Source: Squalus acanthias (lineage: Eukaryota). Taken from it: a DNA stretch of 64,000 bases. Where the stretch lies: contig CM059433.1 of the NCBI GenBank assembly GCA_030390025.1, positions 14,944,001 through 15,008,000 on the forward strand, read 5' to 3'. Below, piece by piece: positions 1 through 11,206 of this stretch. Both the position numbers and the translations under genes were made by a program. The notes under the pieces are model-generated. The model saw only the letters and a list, made by a program, of their open reading frames with translations, searched no databases and was not told where the DNA came from. How positions within the stretch are numbered: the first letter of the stretch is position 1; each line of letters starts with the position of its first letter.

Positions 1-392
1 GGTAACTGAATTTTTGCTTGAGAAGATGGATTTTATGAAGGTTTATAAAGATGGAGAGAGGATAGGTGGAGGGGTTTGAGGAAGGAATTCCAGCGTACAC
101 AGCCTAAACAGCCAGAACCTCTGTCACCAAGAGTGGGGTAAAGGGAGGGGGTGATCCAGGGAAGCCCAGAGTTGCAAATCCAAAAGGGTGAAAGATGGAT
201 ATAGATTGGGGTGAGGCTGTGAGTTTTAAATTTAGCAAATTGGGGACTGGATACCAATGTAGATCAGCAAGGACAGGGATGATGGACGAGCAGGATAAAT
301 ACAGGACAAGAAATGGACAGTTGTGTTTTTGGGCCAGTTGGTGTTTATTAGGGTGAAGGATGAGGCACCTGAAGAAGAATATTAGAGAACTC
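1..392 (-). mobile_element. Degenerate L2-type LINE, 3' part of ORF2; continues at 2174-2250 and ~5388-5440 once two younger insertions are removed
   Basis: Minus-strand translation IIPVLADLHWYPV resembles the L2 motif HITPVL..LHWLPV. Joining the three pieces gives TKTTYFHLPKIAYFR..ILVYTIVTSRL(D/E)FSNILL, like L2 KTAYFHLRNIA..LIHAFVTSRLDYSN. Confidence 0.75.
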
Positions 393-2173
393 GGGCTGGA
401 TTTTACCAACCTCAATGGGTCCATGGCGGGCGAAGTCAGTGGCGGGTCCCAGTCTCGCTGCCGGCTCCAGCCGGCTGTCAAAATTATTTTCCCTTGATTG
501 GGCTTGTTAAGCCCGCCCAGCACGGTTTCTAGCCAATTGAAGGAAGCAGATGATGACGTCATTTGATGATGTGTCATCAGCCAGTTTCCTTAAAGGGACC
601 ATGCGCAAATTGATTTTGACATTTGTGCTGTCAGTGTTCTACAACATTGAGGTGCTGCAAACACTGATGTGTACTGCACAGAGGTGCACGGCTGCACCCA
701 GGCTCTCCCATTACTCCCTCCATATGCTTATTGAGGGAGTCACAGCACGCAGGGAGGTTCTCTTCCCTTCCAATGGGCGGAAGAGACCTCCCCAGGAGAT
801 CAATGCAGCCTGGTTGCACATTGCAGAGGAGGGCACAACCAGGGATGTCGTCAGGAGGACCAGGCTGCAGTGACGCAAACCTTTCAATGATCTCAGTAGA
901 TCACGAAACGTTACTGCAAAGCCACACTCAAACTCATCCTGCTGTGCATTCATAACATCCCCATCACTCTGCCTTCCCTACCCTACTCCTGCACATCCTT
1001 ACTCACACCAAATTACCTTGCACCTCCACCCATCCCTCTCTATCTACTTTATCACTTCCCCATCTCACTAGCCACCCCTCACACTCACCCTCATTCTTGT
1101 CCAATCATACCAACTAACAACACACAAGGGTGGGCACTTGGGTGTTTTATACAATGTTCATGTAAAGTTTCTGTTAATGTGATGTCAACCATTAAAACCT
1201 TTATTTTCACACTTTGCATTCTTGGACAGAAATGTGTGCACCTTTGGAAGTGGCTTAGTGAGTTGCAGTGAATGGTGAGACATAACGTTACCCCCCGCAA
1301 TGGTCATGAGTGTGAAAGGAATGGCTTGGGCATTATAGGGATGCTTTATGGTGCTGGTGTGGGGTGGGGCCAACCGAGTGCATCATGTGGCAACCAGGGT
1401 GTACAGCATCAAGTGAAGTAAATCTGGCCATGATGAGGCCATCCCTGGCCTCCCAGGCAACAATGTGATCGGGTGCTGATGCCCTCTGTCCTGTGCAGCA
1501 TCAGTTGATTGTGGAGAAGATTGGTGTTGTTGTTGGTGCTGCTGGTGTGCCTGGTGCTGCTGGTGTTGGGGCTGATCATGGTGGGCTTCTGAGGATCAAG
1601 GTGAGATAGTTTCAAGGGCACTGATGCTGCTGTAATAGATTGCAGGTGAAGTTGAGATGACAGAAGCGATCTGTCAATGGTGAGAGAGGTTGTTCCAATG
1701 AAGGTGACACTGGATAGAGAGTTTACTCCAAACACTTGCAACCTGCATAAAGCTCAATCTGTCTTCCAAATGCAGTAAGCAACAGCTTCTGAGCTTGGAA
1801 AGTGAACAACTGTGAGATGGGAGCTTTTGTAGCACATTTGCAGCTGTCAAGTAATAAGATAAGTCCATGGTCATACAACTCCTGACCTGCTTACCTGACG
1901 TGATCCCTGAGCAGCGTGGACCCCATGGGCGACCTCATAAAATATAAAGGTGAGCTCAAAATACTTCTTAATGGGCTGTTAACAAGGTCATAATGACCTG
2001 AATTGCCTCCCCCGGCCCTGCGTGTCGGGTCTGTTCAGCACTGACAGACCCGACATCTGGGAAAGGCACATGGTAACGGGTTGACAGCAGGGTCCCAACC
2101 CGCTGTCAAAAAAATAATTTCCCACCCGACCCGACACCAAACTCGCCCGCTGACCCCAAGAAAAATTCCCCCC
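393..2173 (+). mobile_element. Non-autonomous PIF/Harbinger element, copy A
   Basis: Imperfect TIRs GGGCTGGATTTT...AAAATTCCCCCC, near-TSD CTC/ATC, Myb/SANT-like coding remnant (AAPRLSHYSLHMLIEGV..AWLHIAEE) on plus; colinear with four other copies. Confidence 0.85.
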
Positions 2174-2350
2174 ATCAAGTCTAGAGGTGACAATAGTATA
2201 GACAAGGATTCCAATGATGGAGGTTCTGAAGTAAGCAATCTTGGGGAGGTACATAGATACATAGATACATAGAAGATAGGAGCAGGAGTAGGCCATCCGG
2301 CCCTTCGAGCCTGCTCCGCCATTTAATGAGATCATGGCTGATCCTCCAAT

Positions 2351-5317
2351 TCAGTATCCCGTCCCCGCCTTCTCTCCGTAACCCTTAACCCCTTTTGCCT
2401 GTAGAAATATATCTAATTCCCTCTTAAATATATTTAATGAGCTGGCGTACACTGCCCTCTGTGGCAATGAGTTCCACAGGTTCACCACCCTCTGAGTGAA
2501 GAAATTCCCCCTCATTTCTGTCCTAAATGGTTTAGCCCTTATCCTTAAATTATGTCCTCTAGTTCTGTTCTCACCCGCCAAGGGAAACATTCCTTCTGCA
2601 TCTAGTCTGTCTAGACCTGTCAGAATTTTATACACTTCTATGAGGTCCCCTCTCAATCTTCTAAACTCCAGTGTGTACATCCCTAAACTACATAGTCTCT
2701 CCTCATAGGTCAATCCCGCCATTCCTAGTATCAGCCTGGTGAATCGCCGCTGCACCCCCTCCATGGCAAGAACATCTTTCCTCAGATGAGGCGACCAAAA
2801 CTGTACACAGTACTCGAGGTGTGGTCTCACCAGTGCCCTGTACAGCTGCAGCAAGGTATCCCTGTTCCTGTATTCCAACCCTTTTGCTATGAAGGCCAGC
2901 ATACCGTTTGCCTTCTTGACCGCCTGTTGCACCTGCATGCTCGCCTTCAGTGACTGGTGTACAAGAACACCCAGGTCTCTCTGTACTTCCCCCTCTCCCA
3001 ATTTATTGCCATTTAAATAATAATTTGCCCTCCCGTTCCTGCACCCAAGGTGGATAACTTCGCACTTGTCCACATTATAGTGCATCTGCCATTTATCCGC
3101 CCAATCACCCAGTCTGTCCAAATCGCTCTGGAGCTTCCTGGTCTCCTCCTCTGAGCCCACCCCCCCTCCTAGTTTAGTGTCGTCTGCAAATTTGGAAATG
3201 CTGCATCCGACTCCCTGATCCAGGTCATTAATGTAAATTGTGAACAGCTGGGGACCCAGGACAGATCCCTGCGGTACCCCACTTGTTACTGCCTGCCATT
3301 CAGAAAATGAGCCGTTTATTCCAACTCTCTGTTTTCTATCTGACAGCCAGTTCTCTATCCACGTCAATACTTTCCCCTTTATCCCATGAGCTTCAATTTT
3401 CCCTGCTAATCTTTTATGTGGGACCTTATCGAAGGCCTTTTGGAAGTCCAGGTACACCACATCTACTGGCTCTCCCCCATCTATTTTACCAGTTACTCCC
3501 TCAAAAAATTCCAATAGATTAGTCAAGCACGATTTACCCTTTGTAAATCCATGTTGACTCTGTCCTATCCTGTCCCCATTTGCTAAGTGCTCCGCTATTT
3601 CATCCTTAATGATGGACTCCAGCATTTTGCCCACAACTGATGTAAGGCTTACAGGTCTGTAATTACCTGCTTTTTCCCTACCCCCCTTTTTGAATAGTGG
3701 GGTAACGTTAGCTACCCTCCAATCCATGGGCACTGTTCCCGAGTCTAATGAATTCTGAAAAATCATACTTAGTGCATCCGCTATCTCTAGGGCCACCTCC
3801 TTCAGCACCCTAGGATGCATGTTATCAGGCCCTGGGGATTTGTCCGCCTTCAATCCCTTTAGCTTCCTTAACACCATATCCTTAGAGATATTGATTTGCG
3901 TCAGTTCCTCCTTTGCAAATGTCCCTATTTTTCCCGATATCCCAGGGAGGTTTTTTGTGTCTTCCTTCGTAAAGACTGACCCAAAGTATGCATTTAGTTG
4001 GTCTGCCATTTCCTTATTTCCCGTTATATATTCCCCCGTATCTGACTGCAATGGGCCAACTTTGGTTTTCACCAGTCTTTTCCTCTTGATATACTTATAA
4101 AAGCTTTTGGAGTTAGTTTTTATATTTTCCGCCAGCTTGCTTTCGTAAGCTATTTTGCCCCTCTTGATTAAGCCCTTTGTCCTCCTTTGCTCTATCTTAA
4201 ACTGTTCCCAATCTTCCGCTCTGGCGCTTTTTTTGGCTATTTTATACGCCCTATCTTTGGATTTTATGCTGTCTCTAATTTCCCCTGTTATCCACGGTTG
4301 AGTCACCTTTTTAGATTTCCTTTTATGCCAGATTGGTATAAACAATTTTTGCAATTTTGTCATTCTATCTTTAAATGCTTGCCATTGTTTATCTACCTCC
4401 AGTCCTCCCAGGAACGTTGTCCAATCAGACCTACTCAGTTCCCGTCTAATGGCATCATAATTCCCCTTGTTTAAATTCAGGACCTTAGTATCTGAGTCAA
4501 TTTCTTCGCTCTCCATTTCGAGTGAGAAATCGATCATGTTATGATCGCTCTGACCCAAGGGTCCCCGTACAACAAGATTACTAATTAGTCCCTTCTCATT
4601 GCACAGTACCCAGTCCAATATAGCCTGTTCCCGAGTTGGTTCCTCGACATATTGATCCAGATAACCATCCCTTAAACACTCAAGGAATTCCTCCTCCTCA
4701 TTATTTTTACTGATTAGGCTATTCCAATCTATATGTAAGTTAAAGTCACCTATGATGACAGCTGTGCTCTTATTGCACGCTTCTCTAATTTCCCTCGTGA
4801 TGCCCTCCCCAACCTCTATTTTACTATTTGGAGGCCTATATACCACTCCTATTAATGTTTTTCGCCCCTCGCTATTTCTTAGCTCCACCCATATAGATTC
4901 TGTATTAACTGAGTTAATATCCTTCCTTTCAATTGCATTTATCCCTTCTTTTACCAGCAATGCTACCCCTCCTCCCTTTCTTTTTTGTCGATCCTTCCTA
5001 AATACTGAATACCCCTGTATGTTAAGCTCCCAGCCCTGCTCACCCTGCAACCATGTTTCCGTAATCCCAATTAGATCATAATTATTAACCTCTATTTCCA
5101 CAGCTAATTCATCTACCTTGTTCCTGATGCTTCTCGCATTAAGGTATAAAACCCTCAGGCTTTTTTTATGCTCACATTTTTTATGAATTGGTTTGGCCCT
5201 TTGTTTTTTGTTCCTCACCCTTTTACCATTTATTTCTGTCTGCCTTTCACTTTCCTCTATTTCACTACATAGGTTTCTAGCCCCCTGCCATACTAGTTTA
5301 AATGCTCCCGAACTGCT
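2351..5317 (-). CDS. CR1 ORF2: AP-like endonuclease + reverse transcriptase, uninterrupted
   Basis: The 955-aa track ORF starts at GTG 5218 and the frame stays open up to 5317. Endonuclease motifs YLNARS, ITETW, GDFN, SDH; RT motifs YRPVSLTS, QHGF, YLDFQKAFDKV, GVPQGSVLGP, FADD. Confidence 0.93.
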   Translation of the reverse strand, partial: SSSGAFKLVWQGARNLCSEIEESERQTEINGKRVRNKKQRAKPIHKKCEHKKSLRVLYLNARSIRNKVDELAVEIEVNNYDLIGITETWLQGEQGWELNIQGYSVFRKDRQKRKGGGVALLVKEGINAIERKDINSVNTESIWVELRNSEGRKTLIGVVYRPPNSKIEVGEGITREIREACNKSTAVIIGDFNLHIDWNSLISKNNEEEEFLECLRDGYLDQYVEEPTREQAILDWVLCNEKGLISNLVVRGPLGQSDHNMIDFSLEMESEEIDSDTKVLNLNKGNYDAIRRELSRSDWTTFLGGLEVDKQWQAFKDRMTKLQKLFIPIWHKRKSKKVTQPWITGEIRDSIKSKDRAYKIAKKSARAEDWEQFKIEQRRTKGLIKRGKIAYESKLAENIKTNSKSFYKYIKRKRLVKTKVGPLQSDTGEYITGNKEMADQLNAYFGSVFTKEDTKNLPGISGKIGTFAKEELTQINISKDMVLRKLKGLKADKSPGPDNMHPRVLKEVALEIADALSMIFQNSLDSGTVPMDWRVANVTPLFKKGGREKAGNYRPVSLTSVVGKMLESIIKDEIAEHLANGDRIGQSQHGFTKGKSCLTNLLEFFEGVTGKIDGGEPVDVVYLDFQKAFDKVPHKRLAGKIEAHGIKGKVLTWIENWLSDRKQRVGINGSFSEWQAVTSGVPQGSVLGPQLFTIYINDLDQGVGCSISKFADDTKLGGGVGSEEETRKLQSDLDRLGDWADKWQMHYNVDKCEVIHLGCRNGRANYYLNGNKLGEGEVQRDLGVLVHQSLKASMQVQQAVKKANGMLAFIAKGLEYRNRDTLLQLYRALVRPHLEYCVQFWSPHLRKDVLAMEGVQRRFTRLILGMAGLTYEERLCSLGMYTLEFRRLRGDLIEVYKILTGLDRLDAEGMFPLAGENRTRGHNLRIRAKPFRTEMRGNFFTQRVVNLWNSLPQRAVYASSLNIFKRELDIFLQAKGVKGYGEKAGTGY

Positions 5318-5387
5318 TTATCAAAAATTACCCCGAGAACATCAGTTCCATCTTTGCACAGGTGTAGACCGTCCCTTTTGTATAGGT
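5293..5387 (-). pseudogene. C-terminal remnant of CR1 ORF1 (SGNH esterase-like domain)
   Basis: LYKRDGLHLCKDGTDVL..AVREHLN*, homologous to WDGLHLNRAGTRVL..VDRALN* at the end of the ORF1 at 62692-63123. Confidence 0.8.
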
Positions 5388-5907
5388 GAAAGTAGGTAGT
5401 CTTGGTGCTGGATAGTATGTGGGGCCAAGGTTTTGCACAGTGTCCACAAAAACAAACCTGGCATTTCCAAACTCTGCCACTCTTTCCTGATGTCACTTTC
5501 AGACCCAATCCAATTGTCTACCTTTACGTTTGATAGAAATATTTTACATATTAGTATCACAGTAACAGTCATTCAAGGCATTTCAGTAGCTTTGTTATTA
5601 GATTATTGAATAATATTTGTCTTGGTGTCTCATGTAAAATGTTAAAAAATGAGTGGTCTCAAGTTAGGATGTGTAATAAGTACTCTGGAGATGTTACCAT
5701 TATAAGGGTTAATGAAATTTCCAGAGACTGTTAGCTAAATCATGTAGGTGTGGTGTTATTGAAATGTTAAAAGACCCATGCATCTATCTATGATGCATGG
5801 TCAATGTGCTCTCCTGGACAAGTTTTGATTGCCTGAGGGGGTCAGAGAGAAATTTTCCAGCTTCCCCCACCCCGCCCCCCCCCGCCCCCCACATTTGTGT
5901 TTTCTCT

Positions 5908-7677
5908 GGCCAGAATTTTGCCTACGTGGGCGGGTCCAGTGTGACCGGTGTCCATGGTGGGCCGTGACCCCGCTGCTGGCTCCATCCTGCTGTTGAAAAT
6001 GAACTTACCTTTAATGGGGCCTATTAAGCCCACCCAGCGCGTAACCCGGCCCAATGAGATGGTGCGGGTCTGGTGACGTCATTCATGGTGCGTTTTCAGC
6101 TGTGGTCTTTAAAGGGACCATGGCCACATTAGATATGACGTTTAATCTAACATAGTGCTGTCAGTGCACTACAGCATTGGAGTGCTGCAAACACTGACAA
6201 TGACTGCACAGAGGTGCAGGGCTGCACCCAGGTTCTCAGATGACTCCCTCCATATGCTTGTGGAGGGAGTCAGAGCACGCAAGAAGGTCTTCTTCCCTTC
6301 CCATGCGCGGAAGAGATCTCCCCAGAAGACCAAGACAGCCTGGTTGCAGATTGCAGAAGAGGTCACAAGCAGGGATATGGTCAGGAGGACCTGGGTGCAG
6401 TGCCGCAAACCTTTCAATGATTTCATTAGATCAGAAAACGTTAGTACAAAGCCACACTCAACCTCATCCTGCTGTGCCTCTCATCACATCCCCATCACTC
6501 TGCCTTCCCTACCCTACTCCTGCACATCCTTACTCACACCAACTTACCTTGCACCTCCACCCATCCCTCTCTATCTATATTATCACATCCCCATCTCACT
6601 AGCCACCCCTCACACTCACCCCCATCCTAGTGCAATCATACCAACTAACAACACACAAGGGTAGGCACTTGGGTGCTTTGTACAATGTTTATGTAAAGTT
6701 TCTGTTAATGTGGTGTCAAACATAAAAATCTTTATTTTCAACACTTTCCGGTCTTGGACAGATTTGTGTGAACCTTTGGAAGTGGCTTAGTGAGTTGCAG
6801 TGAATGGTGAGACATAATGGTACCCCCCAGCACTGGTGATGAGTGTGAAAGGAATTGTTTGGTCTTTGTAGGGATGCTTTATGGTGTTGCTGTGGGGTGG
6901 TGCCAATCTGGTGCATCATGTGGCAGGCAGGGTGTACAGTGTCAAGTGAAGTAACTCTGGCCATGGTGAGGCCATCCCTGGCCTTCTGGGCAGCAATGTG
7001 CTCGGGTACTGATGCCCTGTGACCTGTGCAGCATCAGGTGATTGCGGAATAGGTTGGTGGTGTTATTGTTGGTGCTGCTGGTGTGCCTGGTGCTGCTGGT
7101 GTTGGGGCTCATCGTGGTCGGATTCTGAAGACCAAGGTGAGACAGTATAAATGGCACCCATGTTGCTGGAATAGATGGCAGGTGAAGTACAGATGACAGA
7201 AGCATTCTGTCAATGGAGAGAGAGTTCTTCCAATGAGGTGAGACTGGATGGAGACTTTGCTGGAAACACTTGCAGCCTGCAGAATCTGTGCTGGGAATGG
7301 ACTGAGCAACAGCTTCTGGCTGAGGAAAGTGATCATCTGTCAGGTGGGAGCTTTTACTGTACATTTGATGCTGACAAGTCATCAGCTGGAGCAATGGCCA
7401 CTGAACTCCCGCCTCAGGTTGACAGACGTGGTTCCCGAGCTGCGTGAATCCTGTGGCCATGCAGGGAAATTTAAATAGTAAGTTAAAAAAGGCTCTGAAG
7501 TGCCTATAAACTACCATGATAATGATTTCAATTGGGTCGCTCGTCACTGCCGGTCAGGTCGGCTCCACGATGACAGACACGCCTGGGGGAAAGGCGCGTG
7601 GGAGCGATCAAAAATAACAACTTTCCCACCCGACCCGCCACCGATCGCGCATGCTACCTCCCCGGAACATTCTGGCC
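5908..7677 (+). mobile_element. Non-autonomous PIF/Harbinger element, copy B
   Basis: TIRs GGCCAGAATTTT...AACATTCTGGCC, near-TSD TCT/CCT, colinear with copy A. Confidence 0.85.
6200..6439 (+). pseudogene. Harbinger Myb/SANT-like DNA-binding protein, first exon (open in this copy)
   Basis: MTAQRCRAAPRFSDDSLHMLVEGV..AWLQIAEEVTS..RTWVQCRKPFND, followed by GTTAGT at the position where the 35-kb homologue has GTGAGT. Confidence 0.8.
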
Positions 7678-8617
7678 CCTGATTTTTTTGCCTCTCCTCG
7701 GAGGTTACGTGGCTATGGGAGTTGGGGGTGGGAGGGTAGGATGTTTCTAGTCATAATGTTCCAGACAACGCGAGTGTGGGACAGACTTGATGGACAAGCT
7801 GGGCTTTTCCTGCCCGCCAATTTTGCATGTTCATATGACCTTGACAATTCCTGCAATCCATTCTCTATGTCTGGTTCGCTGCACGTTCTCCCAAGTCTCC
7901 CAAGTCTCCCAGTCAATTCCTGTCTGTCCATATGTGATTACCCCATAGAGAGTAAAAAGGGATATAGAGACCAGAAGGACATGACAATGTGAACCAATGT
8001 ATGTCAGCTATTTTTACTTATTGATTACTGATTATATTTGCATATGATCTCTACCCATATTATCTAGCCTTTAAAGCAGTGACCTTCTAATTTATGCTAA
8101 GCATGATTGTTGATTGAACACACAAATTATTAATGATCACAGCAATACTTATAATGCTACGCAGTCATTGATCATCAAAAATATCTTAATTTCAAGACTT
8201 TAGTTTAGCAGCCACTTGACAATCATCATTATTCATGACCTACGATTTTAATTATTGATCACTTATAAAGATCTTGATGGGCACATGATTTTATTCAGGA
8301 TTTAGAATGACAAGGACAGAATTTGAGTAGGTTATGCTGAGGTAATTGCTGTTTGAATGTAGCGTTAACATAGAAAATAAGTGCTACCATCACTTTCGCA
8401 TCTGCTGGCAAGCCTGTGGCAACTACAGGCCGAGTCCACATCTTCCCGCAATGTGGCAGATCGTCGTTTAGTTCTGGCTGATTTTTCTGAAGTGCTCAGC
8501 ACAGTCTTTTGCAAAGCTTCAGAAATGTATTGCAGCTACAATGGATCCACTGAAGGGAGACGGGAGGTCCTGAATCTCACTTCTCTTGGAGCACTGAAGT
8601 AAACAAAGATTTGAGCT

Positions 8618-9414
8618 AAAATAACAACAGAAAATGCTGGAAGCACTCAGCAGGCCAGGGGCAGCATCCGTGGAGAGAGAAACAGAGTTAACGTTTCAGG
8701 TCTGGGACCCTTCGTCAGAACTGGAAAAGGTTAGAGATGGAACAGATTTTAAGCAGGTGCAGAGGCAGGGAAAGGGGGAGAGGTGGAGAGGAAGGAACTG
8801 AAGTAATATTCTGTGCTAGGGTAGGAGGCAGGAGAGATTAAATGTTGCAAATGGGGATGGCAGAATCATCAACAACCTAAAAAATGTGGGCAGGGATTAT
8901 AGTCTGAAATTGTTGAACTCAGTGTTGAGTCCAGAAGGCTGTAAAGCGCCTAATCAAAAGATGAGGTGGTGTTCCTTAAGCTTACGTTGAGCTTCATTGG
9001 AACAGTGTAAGAGGCCGAGGACAGAGAGATCAGAATGGGAGTGGGGGGGAGAATTAAAGTGACAGGCGACCGGAAGCTCGGGGTCACCCTTACGGACTGA
9101 ACGGAGGTGTTCCGCAAAGCGGTCGCCCAATCTGCGTTTGGTCTCCCCAATGAAGAGGAGACCGCATCGTGAGCAGCGAATACAGTATACTAAATTGTAA
9201 AAAGTTCAAGTAAATCGCTGTTTCACCTGGAAGGGGTGTTTGGGGCCCTGGACAGTGGGAAGGGAGGAGGTAAAAGGGCAGGTGTTGCATCTTCTGCGCT
9301 TGCATGGGAAGGTGCCAGGCGAAGGGGAAGGGCTGTTGGGGGTGATTGAGAAGTGGACCAGGGTGTCGCGGAGGGAGCGGTCCTTCGGAATGCTGAAAGG
9401 GGAGGTGAGGGGAA
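8618..9414 (-). mobile_element. Penelope-like element 3' fragment (GIY-YIG endonuclease end + terminal region)
   Basis: PGTFPCKRRRCNTCP..FQVKQRFT..IGETKRRLGDRF.EH..VACHFN; TTGAGCT at both flanks (8611-8617, 9415-9421). Confidence 0.88.
8686..8722 (-). ncRNA. Minimal type I hammerhead ribozyme motif, intact core
   Basis: Minus strand AGTT-CTGACGA-AG-GGTC-CCA-GACC-T-GAAA-CGTT-AACT. Confidence 0.75.
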
Positions 9415-9858
9415 TTGAGCTGCTTTGATCATTGCCATGAGGGGAAAGGGAAGCTTCAGTCCAGCAATCTTCCCTTTTGATAGTACAGGTTGGCTTTAAT
9501 TGGAATGGAGGCAATTCCTGTATAACACCGCTAAGCCAGTTATACATTCTGAATGGTAGGATGTTTCTAGTCAGAATGTTCCAGGCAACGTGAATGTGGG
9601 GCAGACTTGATGGACAAGCTGGGCTTTTCCTGCCCTCAATTTTGCATGTTCATATGACCTTGACAACTCTTGCAATCCATTCTCCATGTCTGGTTCGCTC
9701 CACATTCTCCCAAGTCTCCCAGTCAATTCCTGTCTGTCCATATGTGATTACCTCATAGAGAAAAAAAGGGATATAGAGACCAGAAGGACATGACAATGTG
9801 AACCAAGGTATGTCAGCTATTTTTACTTATTGATTACTGATTATATATGCATATGATT

Positions 9859-11026
9859 CACGTACGAACCAGGGTCAAGCAAGGCTGTGTCATCGCACCA
9901 ACGCTCTTCTCGATCTTCCTTGCTGCAATGCTCCATCTCACCCTCAGTAAGCTCCCCTCTGGAGTGGAGCTAATTTACAGAACAAACGGGAAACTGTTCA
10001 ACCTCCGTCGCCTCCAGTCCAGATCCAAGGTCATTCCATCCTCTGTCATCGAATTACAGTATGCAGACGACGTTTGCGTCTGCGCTCACTCAGAGGTCGA
10101 ACTCCAAACCATCGTCAACACCTTCACCGAAGCGGACGAGAGCATGGGCCTTACACTAAACATCCGTTAGACAAAGGTCCTCTACCAACTTGCCCCCGTC
10201 ACACAGTACTGCCCCCGATTATCAAAATCCACGACAAGGCCTTGGACAACGTGGACCACTTTCCATACCTCAGGAGCCTACTGTCAACAAGGGCAGATGT
10301 CAACGACGATGTCCAACACCGCCTTCAGTGTGCCAGTGCAGCCTTCGGTCGCCTGAGGAAGAGAGTGTTTGAAGACCAGGACCTCAAACCCGGCACTAAG
10401 CTCATGGTCTACAGAGCAGCAGTGATACCCGCCCTGCTGTCTGCCTCAGAGACATGGACCATCTACAGCAGGCACCTCAAAGCACTGGAGAGGTACCACC
10501 AACGCTGCCTCCGCAAGATCCTCCAAATCCATTGGCAGGATAGGCGCACCAACGTCAGTGTTCTTGCTCAGGCCAACATCCCCAGCATCGAAGCTTTGAC
10601 CATGCTCGATCAGCTCTGATGGACGGGTCACATTGTCCTCATGCCCGATACGGGACTCCCAAAACAAGCTCTCTACTTGGAGCTCCGGCGTGGCAAGAGA
10701 GCCCCAGGTGGGCAGAGGAAACGCTTCAAGGACACCCTCAAAGCCTCCTTGGAAAAAGTGCAATATCCCCACCGACACCTGGGAATCCCTGGCCCAAGAC
10801 CGCACAAAGTGGAGGAGAAGCATCCGGGAAGGCGCCGAACACCTCGAGTTTCTTCGCCGGGAGCAAGCGGAAGCCAAGCACCCCACCCACCCGCCCCTTC
10901 AACCACTGTCTGCCCCACCTGTGACAGAGACTGTAGGTCCCGCATTGGACTCATCAGTCACCTGAGAACTCATTTTTAATATGGAAGCAAGTCATCCACG
11001 TTTCCGAGGGACTGCCTAAGAAGAAG
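9859..11026 (+). mobile_element. RTE-clade LINE, 5'-truncated
   Basis: VKQGCVIAPTLFSIFL..ELQYADD..ASAAFGRLRKRVF..CPTCDRDCRSRIGLISHLRTH; (AAG)n tail; 8-bp TSD ATATGATT; unit 1 shows the empty site. Confidence 0.92.
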
Positions 11027-11206
11027 ATATGATTGCTACCCATATTATCTAGCCTTTAAAGCAGTGACCTTCTAATTTATTCTAAGCATGATTGTTGATT
11101 GAACAAACAAATTATTAATGATCACAGCAATATTTATAATGCTACGCAGTCATTGATCCTCAAAATTATATTAATTTCAAGATTTTAGTTTAGCAGCCAC
11201 TTGACA

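Larger units (their letters stand above)
2251..5387 (-). mobile_element. CR1 LINE, 5'-truncated within ORF1, young
   Basis: (ATCTATGT)n 3' tail at 2251-2272, CR1-type 3' UTR, complete ORF2, ORF1 C-terminus LYKRDGLHL..AVREHLN*; AGGT at both junctions. Confidence 0.95.
7735..9553. repeat. Tandem duplication, unit 1 (~1.8 kb)
   Basis: GGTAGGATGTTTCTAGTCA...GTTATACATTCTGAA recurs at 9555-12806. Confidence 0.92.

Noticed and set aside
2496..5081. Plus-strand ORFs overlapping CR1 ORF2, and similar short ORFs over other TEs
   Set aside because: Antisense shadows of TE coding frames.
8381..8602. Identical 73-aa ORFs at 8381 and 11648 as a duplicated gene
   Set aside because: GTG start, no recognisable motif or splice structure; identity is explained by the tandem duplication.
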